DNA from: Eledone cirrhosa
Taxonomy: Eukaryota
Assembly (NCBI GenBank): GCA_964016885.1
Contig: OZ024742.1
Location: forward strand, 269,824,001-269,888,000
Direction of reading: 5' to 3'
Length of the DNA: 64,000 nt
Shown here: in pieces, positions 40,006 to 50,559 of the stretch
Numbering within the stretch: the stretch's first letter is position 1
How the letters are laid out: the number at the start of each line of letters is the position of its first letter
Translations under genes and position numbers: made by a program
Notes under the pieces: generated by a model
What the model was told of the DNA's origin: nothing
Databases searched by the model: none
Seen by the model: the letters and a program-made list of their open reading frames with translations, nothing else

Positions 40006-42179
40006 TAAATAATTACAGCCCATTTTCAGTTTGTTGAGGTTTATTTAAAACTCCGTTATACATATTTCACTGAGGACTATCAATTTAGACAGCCTGAGCT
40101 CTTCAGACGAAAAACCTAAAATAAACATTGAAAGTGCCTAATAAAACTTTAAATTTGGCAACTTCCAATAATTTTCCCGAGAGACCATAATGTGATAAGC
40201 ACATCCCTGTTCTGTCAACGCCATACTCTAATTAAATGGCCCTAATACGTTGACTACTTCGCTGAAGCAATAAACAGAGGATGGCTTCATATACTCTGCC
40301 CGAATCACACGACACGTAGCAACCGACTGTACTTAAAATCCACTTCTGTTTGAATATCAAACTGACTGGGGAGCCCAACTCGTACATATAGACTGGCGAA
40401 ACACTTAGTATAACAACTTCCCCTGACCACGGACAATACTTTACGGAATTTAACCAGCGGCTATCCAGGGAGCACGGACACCTATGAGGAGACTCTCTCC
40501 CACCTCAACTGATGCATACACGCTTGCAGACCATCCTAAATCTTTCTACGAACACTTTGAACTCTATCCCAGCTCCGATCTTAACCTTAATCTACATATT
40601 TCACTGTACCTATCTTCCAAACACTCATTTTATACCAGGACAACTTTGTAGCTGTTTTGCATAATCTTTTACAGAGCCCCGAATATTTCCCTGTCACTAT
40701 TATTGTATTATTATTAATATTATTATATGTACTTATCATTTTATTTGTCTACACTATATCTGTTTATCTCCTATATTGTTACATACTATGCTTTCGCTCT
40801 CGTCTACTGTACATGCCAACCCTAATTAACTCAATCTGTAACTTTATCTCTTTTTCCTTAAGTCAGCCTACACCTAGTTTACTGTATTTTAAATTTATCT
40901 CTGAACCTTCTTTACGAGGCTTAGTTGAACAATAATTTTAAGTTACATTGTGTTGGCCTACACTATTTAATTGGTAATGGAACAGCCTAATAGCTTCATA
41001 TTGGTCAGGCATGTTCGTCCGGAGACCTTGATCGGTTTCACGGATATGTCACGCAGGCTCCGCGGAATAATCCTACAGCACAACCTCTTCCCGGACATTC
41101 CCTTTATATATCGATATCACTCTGACATACCGCTCATCGAGTGCTTGCGTATCCGGAGAGACGGGGAATCCGACACCTGGATGTAATCCGTAGCGCTTGA
41201 TGAAACGGATAATTTGCGAGGAGTATGGCTCTCATGCTTCCAACAATTTCGAACCAGTTAAACTCAAACTATACAACATCTACGCCATACACTCCGGTAT
41301 ATAGTCTAGGCCTACAGGCAGCTAACCCTTTACGTTTTAACTTTATTAGTTTTAATTGTTTTTTTTTTTCAATATAATTATCTCTTTACCACATATCTAT
41401 CCCCTTTAATATAACCTTTCCTTTTGTTCTTAATTAATTAATTAATTACTTTATTTTATTTTAATATATTTCTCATATAATTAATTTTATCATCGGTTAT
41501 CATATTCACAGTTGTTGCAGACATGTGGACAATAAGGGACTGGGAGAGGATAGATATCATTACTATTATATCTGCTGCTCTCACTACTACCACAAAGGCT
41601 ACTGGTAGAGAGGGGAGGTAGATGATCTACCTACAGTTTTCGTTACTTTCTGTACAGACCAACAATTCCACCAAAATGATTGAGGTTATACAGAAGACAA
41701 CCGTGGAAGAAACAACACCTTGCATTCCGCCGTCCCCCTGTATCATGAAAAGAAAATCTTTTTCGGGGAATTATTGGAATTTTATTTGGGTTTTTTCAAA
41801 TTTAAAGGTTTGTTAAGGAATTTAAATGTTTATTTTAGGTTTTGTAGTTTGCAGAGCACAGACTATCTAAACTGATAGTCCGCAGTGAAATATGTATAAC
41901 GGAATTTTAATAAACGTAAACTAACTGAATATGGTCTCCGAACTTTATTAATAAATAAGGCTCCAACTTGCACCATTGAAACAGGTCGTCGTGCTCTTCC
42001 TTTTACCTGATCACAAGATGGCCTATCAGCTGTAAAGTAGGTAAAAGGAAGCGCTGACCGACCTGTATTAATTGTGCAAGTCGGAGCCTTATATATTAAT
42101 AAAGATCGTAGGCCATATTCAGTTAGTTTAGGTTTATCTAAAATTCCGTTAAACCTATTTCACTGTGGACTATCAGTTT
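40001..42179. mobile_element. PLE-like element with nested inverted repeats (family E)
   Basis: 40001-40160 is inverted at ~41795-41955; ~41868-42179 is itself a palindrome centred near 42020; (TA)n flanks. Confidence 0.7.
40051..40112 (-). ncRNA. Type I hammerhead ribozyme (family E)
   Basis: Minus strand TTTCGT-CTGAAGA-GCTCAGGCTGTC-TAAATT-GATAGTCCTCAGT-GAAA-TATGTA-TA-ACGGAG; stem I TTTCGT/ACGGAG. Confidence 0.7.
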
Positions 42180-42254
42180 ATATATATATATATATATAAA
42201 TGTAAGTATGTATGTATACGTACATACATATATGTATACAGACGTACAGTATCA

Positions 42255-42302
<48 letters not shown>

Positions 42303-42444
42303 CAGGTACACATACATATATGTACGTATCAGTTTAGCGGACGCTTATTATAGCGCCCGCTTTGTTCGTTTGTAAACAAACTGAACAGCCTGAATTTATG
42401 CCGTACGGTGTTAAGGCAACCACGTCACCTTTTTGTTCAACACT

Positions 42445-42506
42445 GACACAGGAACCATGTACTAGTTTCAAGCTTGTTAGCTATCATCAGCACCGTATAC
42501 CCTTCT
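42445..42506 (-). ncRNA. Type I hammerhead ribozyme (family A)
   Basis: Minus strand ACGGTG-CTGATGA-TAGCTAACAAGCTT-GAAA-CTAG-TA-CATGGT. Confidence 0.8.
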
Positions 42507-42696
42507 ACATATACATACATACTTACATTTAAGTAAGTGCCGTATTAAGAGTGAGAAATGAAATTTCGTTTTCATTTTATTACAACTGATCGTTTTCGGT
42601 ACGCCTGGCCGACATAACTCACTCGATATGCAAATTAGGCTGCTCAGCCGTTAATTTTCATAAGGAAAGTATATACTTTCGAACGTTCAACCATCT

Positions 42697-42761
42697 GGCA
42701 GAAGGGTATACGGTGCTGATGATAGCTAACAAGCTTGAAACTAGTACATCGTTCCTGTGTC
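42697..42761 (+). ncRNA. Type I hammerhead ribozyme (family A)
   Basis: ACGGTG-CTGATGA-TAGCTAACAAGCTT-GAAA-CTAG-TA-CATCGT; stem I fully paired. Confidence 0.88.
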
Positions 42762-42909
42762 AGTGTTGAACAAAAAGGTGACGTGGTTGCCTTAACACCG
42801 TACGGCATAAATTCAGGCTGTTAGGTTTGTTTACAAACGAACAAAGCGGGCGCTATAATAAGCGTCCGCTAAACTGATACGTACATATATGTATGTGTAC
42901 CTGTATGTA

Positions 42910-42947
<38 letters not shown>

Positions 42948-43057
42948 TGCTACTGTACGTCTGTATACATATATGTATGTACGTATACATACATACTTAC
43001 ATTTAAGTAAGTGCCGTACTAAGAGTGAGAAATGAAATTTCGTTTTCATTTTATTAC

Positions 43058-43109
<52 letters not shown>

Positions 43110-43110
<1 letters not shown>

Positions 43111-44250
43111 AAGATCGGAATTAAAGTATTCCGCAGAATGCTGACGGCCGTATGTATATAACACAATTTTCGCCAAACGGTTGGACCAAACAGCACCAGA
43201 TTTGCACCATAGATGTAACTTTTTCTAAGTAAAAAGTGAGGGTATTTTTGTCTACTGAATTTTGTTAAAAGGTTAAATGCATTATTTAAATATTCACTTC
43301 TTTAAAATTTCAAATATCAACACTTCCGGTTATGCGGCATTCCCCACTCTTTCTTAGTCTGTCTATTTAGATAGATACATAGCTATGACGTCGCGCCCTT
43401 ATAATATGATTCTGTATGTCTGGCTGTCTGCATCAGATACATAGCTATGACGTCGCACAGCATTCCTCTCTTTTTCTTAGGCCGTATTTTTAGACAGAAA
43501 CATGGCTATAACGTCACGCCCTTATAATATGTCTCTGTAATGTCTGGCTGTCTGCATTAGATAACGTTCTTTCGAAATATTTACTTCTGCATTCACATAT
43601 TGATTTTTTTTTCACTTTCAGAAGGTCCCATTAGGATGAATGTGGCGATTATTTGCTTAAACTTTAATCTATTATTTTAATTAATATATTCATGTACAGA
43701 TATTTTTGCATACACACAAACAACATATAAACAAGCCTATTTATTTCACCAAAGCACAGACGGCTTATCGTCATTGTTACTGCCGATATGCTACCCAAAA
43801 AGTCGCAGCCGGCCGCAATTTCAGACTTTCCAGAAGAGAGTCTGAAGATGATCATGAACTTCGCCTTCAGCAGATGAGGGCTCAAGCGAGAGCCATTCGA
43901 TCAGCCCAGTCTCAAGAGTAGCACCAGTCTCGCCTTCAGCAACTGAAGTACCGTGCAGAGGGCAAGACAGCAACACAGACAGAGCAAGCCCGATTGGAGC
44001 AGGTGCGTTCAAAAGCTGATTGCATCCACATTGCATTGCAACATCAATGTGCCATACAGGTTCTTGCAAAACTGAGGCCGATTTTTAACTGTTCAAACCC
44101 AACATTAAAGAACGTTACAACCCGCCACCCTCCCCACCCTCGCTGACTTGAGAGGGAGTGCGGTATCTTTGCACTGGAGTGGAGGGGGGATTCCTGAAAA
44201 GATAAAATGCTGGTATATCACCCGGGTGCCAGCCGGAGGGGGTCAGCTAG
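43110..44250 (+). mobile_element. Non-autonomous Helitron (same family as 9665-10951)
   Basis: Shared 5' and 3' segments; hairpin CCGG..CCGG at 44222-44236 and terminal CTAG at 44247-44250; internal charged repeats (RRESEDDHELRLQQMR) resembling Helitron N-termini. Confidence 0.85.
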
Positions 44251-44261
44251 TATATATATAA

Positions 44262-44452
44262 AGGCGATGGATTGGCTGTATCGGTAGAGCGTCGGACGCC
44301 ATGATTTGCAACAAAGAGTTACGGCCCTTTATGGTCTGAGTTCAAATCCCGCCAAAGTAAACTCTGCGCTTCATCCTTACGGGGTCGATAAAATAAAGTA
44401 CCAGTAATACACTGGGGTAATTGCTGGCCTTGTGACAAAAGTAGAAACAATT
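44262..44452 (+). mobile_element. Full-length tRNA-derived SINE
   Basis: A box TGGCTGTATCGG, B box GAGTTCAAATCC, TTCATCCTTACGGGGTCGATAAA, 3' GGCCTTGTGACAAAAGTAGAAACAATT. Confidence 0.9.
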
Positions 44453-45244
44453 ATATATATATTTACACGAAACGCTTACTGCTGCCTCTTAAAATACACC
44501 CAATCCTGAAATTCTAACAAACATCAATCTCACTATATAAGGAAAATAAATAATAACATTAACCTATAGTTTTTAACGTAGCAGAAACTCCGTGTACAAT
44601 GTTTTATATTTAATTGTTTCCTTTACGCCCATTGTTTGGTATGGTGTGTATTCTTATTACATTTTAAATTTTGTAAATTTGTCCTTCTCATAATTCCTGA
44701 AGAAATGCAGTTATATTTCTTTATTTATAGTGTTAATATTTGCTTATGAATTATTTAATTTTTTTTTTTTCATGCGCATGTATTATAGAAGCCATATTAA
44801 CAGGGACATGCATTTAAGTTGTTAACCTTGGTCTATATTTCTGCTGGAATGCAAAGTGAAGTGTGTGTGTATTAGTGTTGATATTATATATGAGTGCATG
44901 TGTATGTTTATACATTGTGTAACGTATCAAAGGGAGTGTATGTATGATTATATCCATGTGGTATGTGGTAGTGGACTTGTATGTGTGACTGAATGTATGT
45001 TTGAATGTGTGTACTGCTTATGTTCGTTGAAGTTATTTTGTGTGCGTGTAAAGTATCAGGCAGTGTTAATGTAGATTTGTATGTGTCAAAGTATCTAACA
45101 TTGATTTGAATGTAAGCGCGTATGTATTATAGGAAAAAGTATGTTATATAGGAAAGAGGTAGTATATTTAGTTTTGGAAATAGAGTATATGATAAAGCAG
45201 ACTAAATAGGGATGAGTGGCAGATTAAGTTTAGGTGGAAGAAAG

Positions 45245-46030
45245 ATTTATATAAAAAAAAAGTACATGTTATCTACGCCAGCGCGCATCAGAGCGTCGGG
45301 CACAATGTGCGATCCCGAAAACACTGAGCTGTCGTGTGGAGTGGCTGGTGTATTGAAAATGTCGGGAGTTCGGTGTCGGTTTGCCGCCCGGATGACCCGA
45401 AGGTGTTCAGTAAATCTATCTACCAGACGACGGCCAGTTTGACCAAGATAGATGGCACAACACAGAGTCCAACGGACCCATAGACATGAACGGTGGAGGT
45501 GCAGCTGAAGAAGTCTCTAAGACGGTAGAACTGGTCATTGGGACGGAAAAGAGTTGTGGTGTTGGAGATAAAGTTGCATGTATGAAGAGGATGGGATCCA
45601 GGAGATGAGCTAGGGAAGAAAGAACACTGTGGACGAGGAGGTTCCAAAGATTACGAGCGCGCTTATATGAAGGGAAGGGTGGTGGGGAAAAGCAGGGGCA
45701 AGGTAGAAGAGTGGTAGGTCAGGGGATGGGCACTCTGTTGGTAGGGCGGATTGGCTTGGAGTAACGGCAGTGGCGCAATTGACGCCATGAGCAACGGTGA
45801 GGGCAGCTTGCATCAGGGTAGGGGGTATTCACGTCCAGTGAAAGGTGTGGCCATATAATGAGCATGAATCTCAAAGTCATAGGTTCGACTACATAGGCGG
45901 CATAGATGGAGGAATAGGGAAGAGAGGGTAGGGTAGAATGTTTGGTGTGGGTGGGTTGTGAGGAGAAATCCAGGTAGCCGTAGGAGTCCGAGGTCTTGAA
46001 GTAGACGGAGACATCCATAAACATGTGCAC
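45245..46030 (-). pseudogene. Decayed Penelope-like RT thumb + GIY-YIG fragment
   Basis: SVYFKTSDSYGYLDFSS, HP..TK, FLHLCRLCS..DF....M...F..REYP; HTCNFI..FSCTST; GQTGRRL.DRFTEHLR. Confidence 0.8.
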
Positions 46031-46351
46031 AATTTTTCTTCACACACTTGCAGTCTATTTCATTCCATCTGATCGTGAGTAATCAAAGAGATTGACACCA
46101 AAAATGTGAAGATTTAAATCAACAGACGAGATTTTAAAAAATGAAATAAAATTCGCATATTTGGTATGATTAAATCAACTTTTCTAAACCTTCTAAACTC
46201 CCAGAGTTAGGGATTCTTCTGATATAGGGTCCAAATAGATAGAAAAGCGAACGGATTCATACGTTCCAATGCTCTCAACAGGCTTAATATATATATATAT
46301 ACCTGTGTTGGTGTATTTGTGGTCCCACCACGTTTTCATATCGACTCTTTC

Positions 46352-46394
<43 letters not shown>

Positions 46395-46580
46395 CCTCCC
46401 CCCCTCTCTCTCACTCTCTCTCTCTCTCTCTCCGTCTCTCTATCTATCTATCTATCTGCTCGTTTTCGATCGTTTACGACATGTTTCACACGTGTCGTAA
46501 CATTTCTCTGGTTTCGATCGTTTACGACACGTTTTACACATGTCTCCCTTCCCCTTCTCCCTCTCACTTCCGGTTGCTTC

Positions 46581-46682
<102 letters not shown>

Positions 46683-47132
46683 CTCTATCTATCTCTATCT
46701 ATCTCTATCTCTACCCTCACTTTTTTGAGATCACACGGAAATACCTCGCTCCTAGTTATTGCACCACCAGACTTAAGTCTAATTGGTTCGTTCTAACTTA
46801 TTCTATACTATTTTTTCCTCAGTTACTCCCATGCATGTTCCATTTTCCTTTTCCAACACTCCGTTCGGTTCGTTTACTTCGTTTTTTTTTTCTTCCTTCC
46901 TCTCTCCTAACTACTTTTCCTTTTTTCTATTCTTTCCCTCGTGGCCTTTTGATCGAGCCTTGGGCGCGCCGCTGATCGCTTTTGATGTGATATTTTAAGC
47001 GCCGAAACATCTATGATCTGTGATAACCAGCTGGTGAATGTTTTTTTTTTTTTTCTTCCATATAACCATCTTAAACTTTGTTTACACTAACCAGAGAGCT
47101 CGCTTCGTTGTAATTTTGTATATATATATATA

Positions 47133-47300
47133 TTGGTCCCAAGGCTATGATACCGTCAACACCATAAACACAGAGCTGGCATATCTAAGAGCTGACTAAC
47201 TGCCTGATGAGGCCATAGCCATTCAATGGTTATCATCGAAATATATACAGCAGTAAATAAAGGATTATGAGTTCATGCAATTGACTTATATTTCGTCACT
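47133..47300 (+). mobile_element. Short solo pLTR-like element with near-canonical HHR (47199-47254)
   Basis: ACTGC-CTGATGA-G..ATAGCCAT/ATGGTTAT..C-GAAA-TATATA-CA-GCAGT (U16.1 appears mutated), followed by AATAAA; (TA)n flanks. Confidence 0.6.
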
Positions 47301-47315
47301 ATATATATATATATC

Positions 47316-47375
<60 letters not shown>

Positions 47376-47378
<3 letters not shown>

Positions 47379-48654
47379 TATAATTTTAAAAAAATATATG
47401 ATCAACACTACTGTGTTTTTTTTGCAAAATCACAATAATTTTTTAGCCAGATAGAAATACCTTAATTCAAGTACATATAGTTCGTCTGTATCGATCTAAA
47501 GAATATTAAATATTAAATCTATACTTACAGACGTAAAATGGCAACTGCCTGGTGCCTAGACAAGTTTAAATTTCAAAATTCAAACCTTTTCAGCAGATCA
47601 GGCGGAACTTCAAAACATAAACCTGTTTCACAAGGGATGTTATACTAATGAAATAATTAATTAATTACGGAACAACTATTTATAAAATAATTATTAGTAA
47701 AGTAATCAATTTTCTGTGATCTTTGGTAGGCACCCAGAAATTAAAATCACTTCTCCTAAGATAATATCTTAAGACTGATCTGTCGCAAGCTTAATACATA
47801 TGCTTGTGCACACCACCTTCTCACCATTCTGGATCATATCCATGGCGCTAGAAATAGCAGCCGCGAATATGTGATTATGAATTCAGCTCACCGTAGGAGC
47901 AGATTAATTGTACTTGAATTAAGGTATTTCTATCTGGCTAAAAAATTATTGTCATTTTGCAAAAAAAACACAGTAGTGTTGATCATATATTTTTTTTAAT
48001 TATAATGTAATGCTCAGAAGTATTTTCTTAGAGCTTAATATTTGTAACTGACTACTAAACTGAAATTAATCTGCTCCTACGGTGAGCTGAATTCATAATC
48101 ACATATTCGCGGCTGCTATTTCTAGCGCCATGGATATGAGCCAGAATGCTGAGAAGGTGGTGTGCAAAAGCACATGTATTAGGCTTGCGACAGATCAGTC
48201 TTAAGATATTATCTTAGGAGAAGTGATTTTAATTTCTGGGTGCCTACCGAAGATCACAGAAAATTGATTACTTTACTAATAATTATTTTATAAATAGTTG
48301 TTCCGAAATTAATTAATTATTTCATTAGTATAACATCCCTTGTGAAACAGGTTTATGTTTTGAAGTTCCGCTCGATCTGCTGAAAAGGTTTGAATTTTGA
48401 AATTCAAACTTGTCTAGGCACCAGGCAGTTGCCATTTTACGTCTGTAAGTATAGATTTAATATTTAATATTCTCTAGATCAATACAGACGCACTATATGT
48501 ACTTGAATTAAGGTATTTCTATCTGGCTAAAAAATTATTGTCATTTTGCAAAAAAAACACAGTAGTGTTGATCATATATTTTTTAAAATTATAATGTAAT
48601 GCTCAGAAGTATTTTCTTACTGCTTAATATTTGTAACTGACTACTAAACTGAAA
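47376..48654. mobile_element. Retrozyme-like family B: inverted copy 47376-47909 plus ~1.27 direct monomers (period 589)
   Basis: GTACTTGAATTAAGG at 47910 and 48499; left arm is the reverse complement of ~48064-48595; (TA)n flanks; no coding motifs. Confidence 0.85.
48239..48422 (+). ncRNA. Candidate expanded type I hammerhead (family B)
   Basis: Stem I GGTGCCTA/TAGGCACC (8 bp); core CCGAAGA at 48247-48253; ~90 nt branched stem II; GAAA at 48344-48347; stem III CAGGTTT/AAACTTG; GUC triplet ending 48414. Confidence 0.6.
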
Positions 48655-48671
48655 TATATATATATATATAT

Positions 48672-49151
48672 AATTATAATAGAATATAAAAGAAAAGCGA
48701 ACAAAGATATATAGATATATGTGTGGAAATCGTAAGCGGCCTGATTCGCTAAGGTGAAAAAAATACTGACTATAGACAATTGGGGTCGCTTGTCTCAATT
48801 TAATAACAAATTAAGAAAATAAATACAAACCGGAATTGTGGTAACTACCAATCACCCAGAGAACTTGTTGTTGTTTCGCAAAGTTAATTGTGAATATATA
48901 TACTAATCCAAGCTCATCAGTGGGTGATACATTAGTATCCTTGACACATCTATGTATGCTATATATAAACAATAAAACAGCGCACATGGCATCCTAGCGA
49001 GTCTCGCAAACCAACACCACTAAAAATACCAGCCAGGTTTACTCGACATTTGAAATAGCTCAACAAATTAACGGACCCGTATATAGATATATAGATATAT
49101 GTGTTCAAATCGTGAGACTATTTTGAGTTCCTAACTCAATTTATACATTTA

Positions 49152-49152
<1 letters not shown>
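48672..49152 (-). mobile_element. Retrozyme-like family C (~380 bp unit) with HHR
   Basis: GATATATAGATATATGTGT..AAATCGT repeats 380 bp apart (GTGT at 48721 and 49101); (TA)n flanks. Confidence 0.6.
48851..48928 (-). ncRNA. Type I hammerhead ribozyme (family C)
   Basis: Minus strand ATCACCCA-CTGATGA-GC...GC-GAAA-CAAC-AACAA-GTTC-TC-TGGGTGAT; 8 bp stem I; one mismatch at the base of stem III. Confidence 0.72.
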
Positions 49153-49184
<32 letters not shown>

Positions 49185-49185
<1 letters not shown>

Positions 49186-49370
49186 CGAGGGAAAAGTGGT
49201 AAGGAACCAGGTGGACCATAACGCACCAAAGTACTCAATACTTAGGGTAGTAGAGTGGGTAATAGGAGTAAGTAAGACCCCGACGGCTGAGCTCAAGCCG
49301 TTTCGACGGCTAATTCTGTACCGAATTAGCCGTCGAAACGGCTTGAGCTCAGCCGTCGGGGTCTTACTTA

Positions 49371-49373
<3 letters not shown>
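49185..49373 (-). mobile_element. Short fold-back element (family I) with perfect 51 bp palindrome
   Basis: Arms 49266-49316 and 49323-49373, loop TGTACC; contains GAAA-CGGC..GCCG-TC-GGGGTC; tail homologous to 580-650. Confidence 0.8.
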
Positions 49374-49401
<28 letters not shown>

Positions 49402-49402
49402 T

Positions 49403-50055
49403 CTAGTAGAGGTACCCGCCGTTGCTCGGGTATTAAATAGCATCATGTATAGCAGTCTTGTTAATACTTCAGTGCTGCTTCGAAAACTATACTTGAACAA
49501 AATCATCAGCTTTTCCCAAAAGGAGGTTCCTGACCCCGGGGTCCCCTACTCGCTATGTGCCATTTCTGAGTTTTCAAATGCATCTTTAGAACATACGTAG
49601 TTCATGTGTCAAGTGGGGTGAAAACCGGTTGCGAAATGCAGAAATTATGACGTTTTGTTGCACTGCACTGCAGTGCTTCAAGAAGTGGTTAAAGTGGGTA
49701 ACCTGCCCCCGGTAGGCTATAATCAATGAAAGTGCCCATGACCGTCCGGAGTCCATAAGAAACAAACTTATGTCTTAGATGCAGCGCTGCACGTAGTTTT
49801 CTGACGCTTTTGCGTTCAGCATCTTGCTATCGTTTAATAACAGCCTCCATTTAAGTTTCGCACATGTGACCTGATTGTCACGGTGATCCAGAGACAGTCT
49901 TTGTCCATATAAAGACCTGCATTAGACAAAAACATGAGTTCATAACACCTATGGGAACATACCGCATGTTTGTCCCAAATTTGAATAAAATCGGTTGCAA
50001 ACTGCCGAAGTTATGTGGGTATGGACATACACAGACCCTCATTTTTATATATATA
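49403..50055 (-). mobile_element. Non-autonomous Helitron
   Basis: Minus-strand 3' end CCCGAGCAACGGCGGG hairpin plus CTAG (49403-49406); 5' end TATATAAAAATGAGGGTCTGTGTATGTCC. Confidence 0.75.
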
Positions 50056-50520
50056 CTACCAGTGGTACACGGCGTTGCACGGGATAAGGTATTGTGAAAT
50101 ATATAACCGCCTTAGCTAAGCTTAGTATTGCCCAACCACGGCTGACAAAGAAGTAAGTGTGTGGTGGTACGTAAGTAAGCAACAATGTGGCTTAAAACGT
50201 GAGGAAGAGGTTGTGTGCACTTACCAACTGTTTGGAGAATGAGTGTGAGATTTGTCTTGAGCAAGAGTGGCAGAATAACCAGAGGTAGCAGACATCCAGA
50301 CAAACAGATATATATTATAAGGGCGATACACAGACGCTCGCACGCACACACACACACACACACACACACAAATACACACACACACACATACACACACACA
50401 CACACACAGAGTCTAAGTACACCTTGTGTGAAAGAGAAAGACAGGTAAGGTTGAGGAAAGGGGAGAGTTAAACAGTGTGTAAAGAATGAATAAATAAAAG
50501 TTAAAATTATCCAATGCTGC
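50056..50520 (-). mobile_element. Non-autonomous Helitron-like element (3' end recognisable)
   Basis: Minus-strand CCCGTGCAACGCCGTG hairpin plus GTAG-type terminus at ~50056; 5' boundary uncertain. Confidence 0.5.
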
Positions 50521-50559
50521 TATCATTTTCATTCCTACCCAATCACCCTCACTTTCCTT

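Larger units (their letters stand above)
42197..43061. mobile_element. Retrozyme-like family A, locus 4 (minus 42197-42506, plus 42507-43061)
   Basis: Two oppositely oriented copies joined at their 5' ends, each with an HHR; (TA)n flanks. Confidence 0.88.

Noticed and set aside
44262-44360. tRNA gene
   Set aside because: A and B boxes are present but no cloverleaf is evident; it is the head of a multi-copy SINE.
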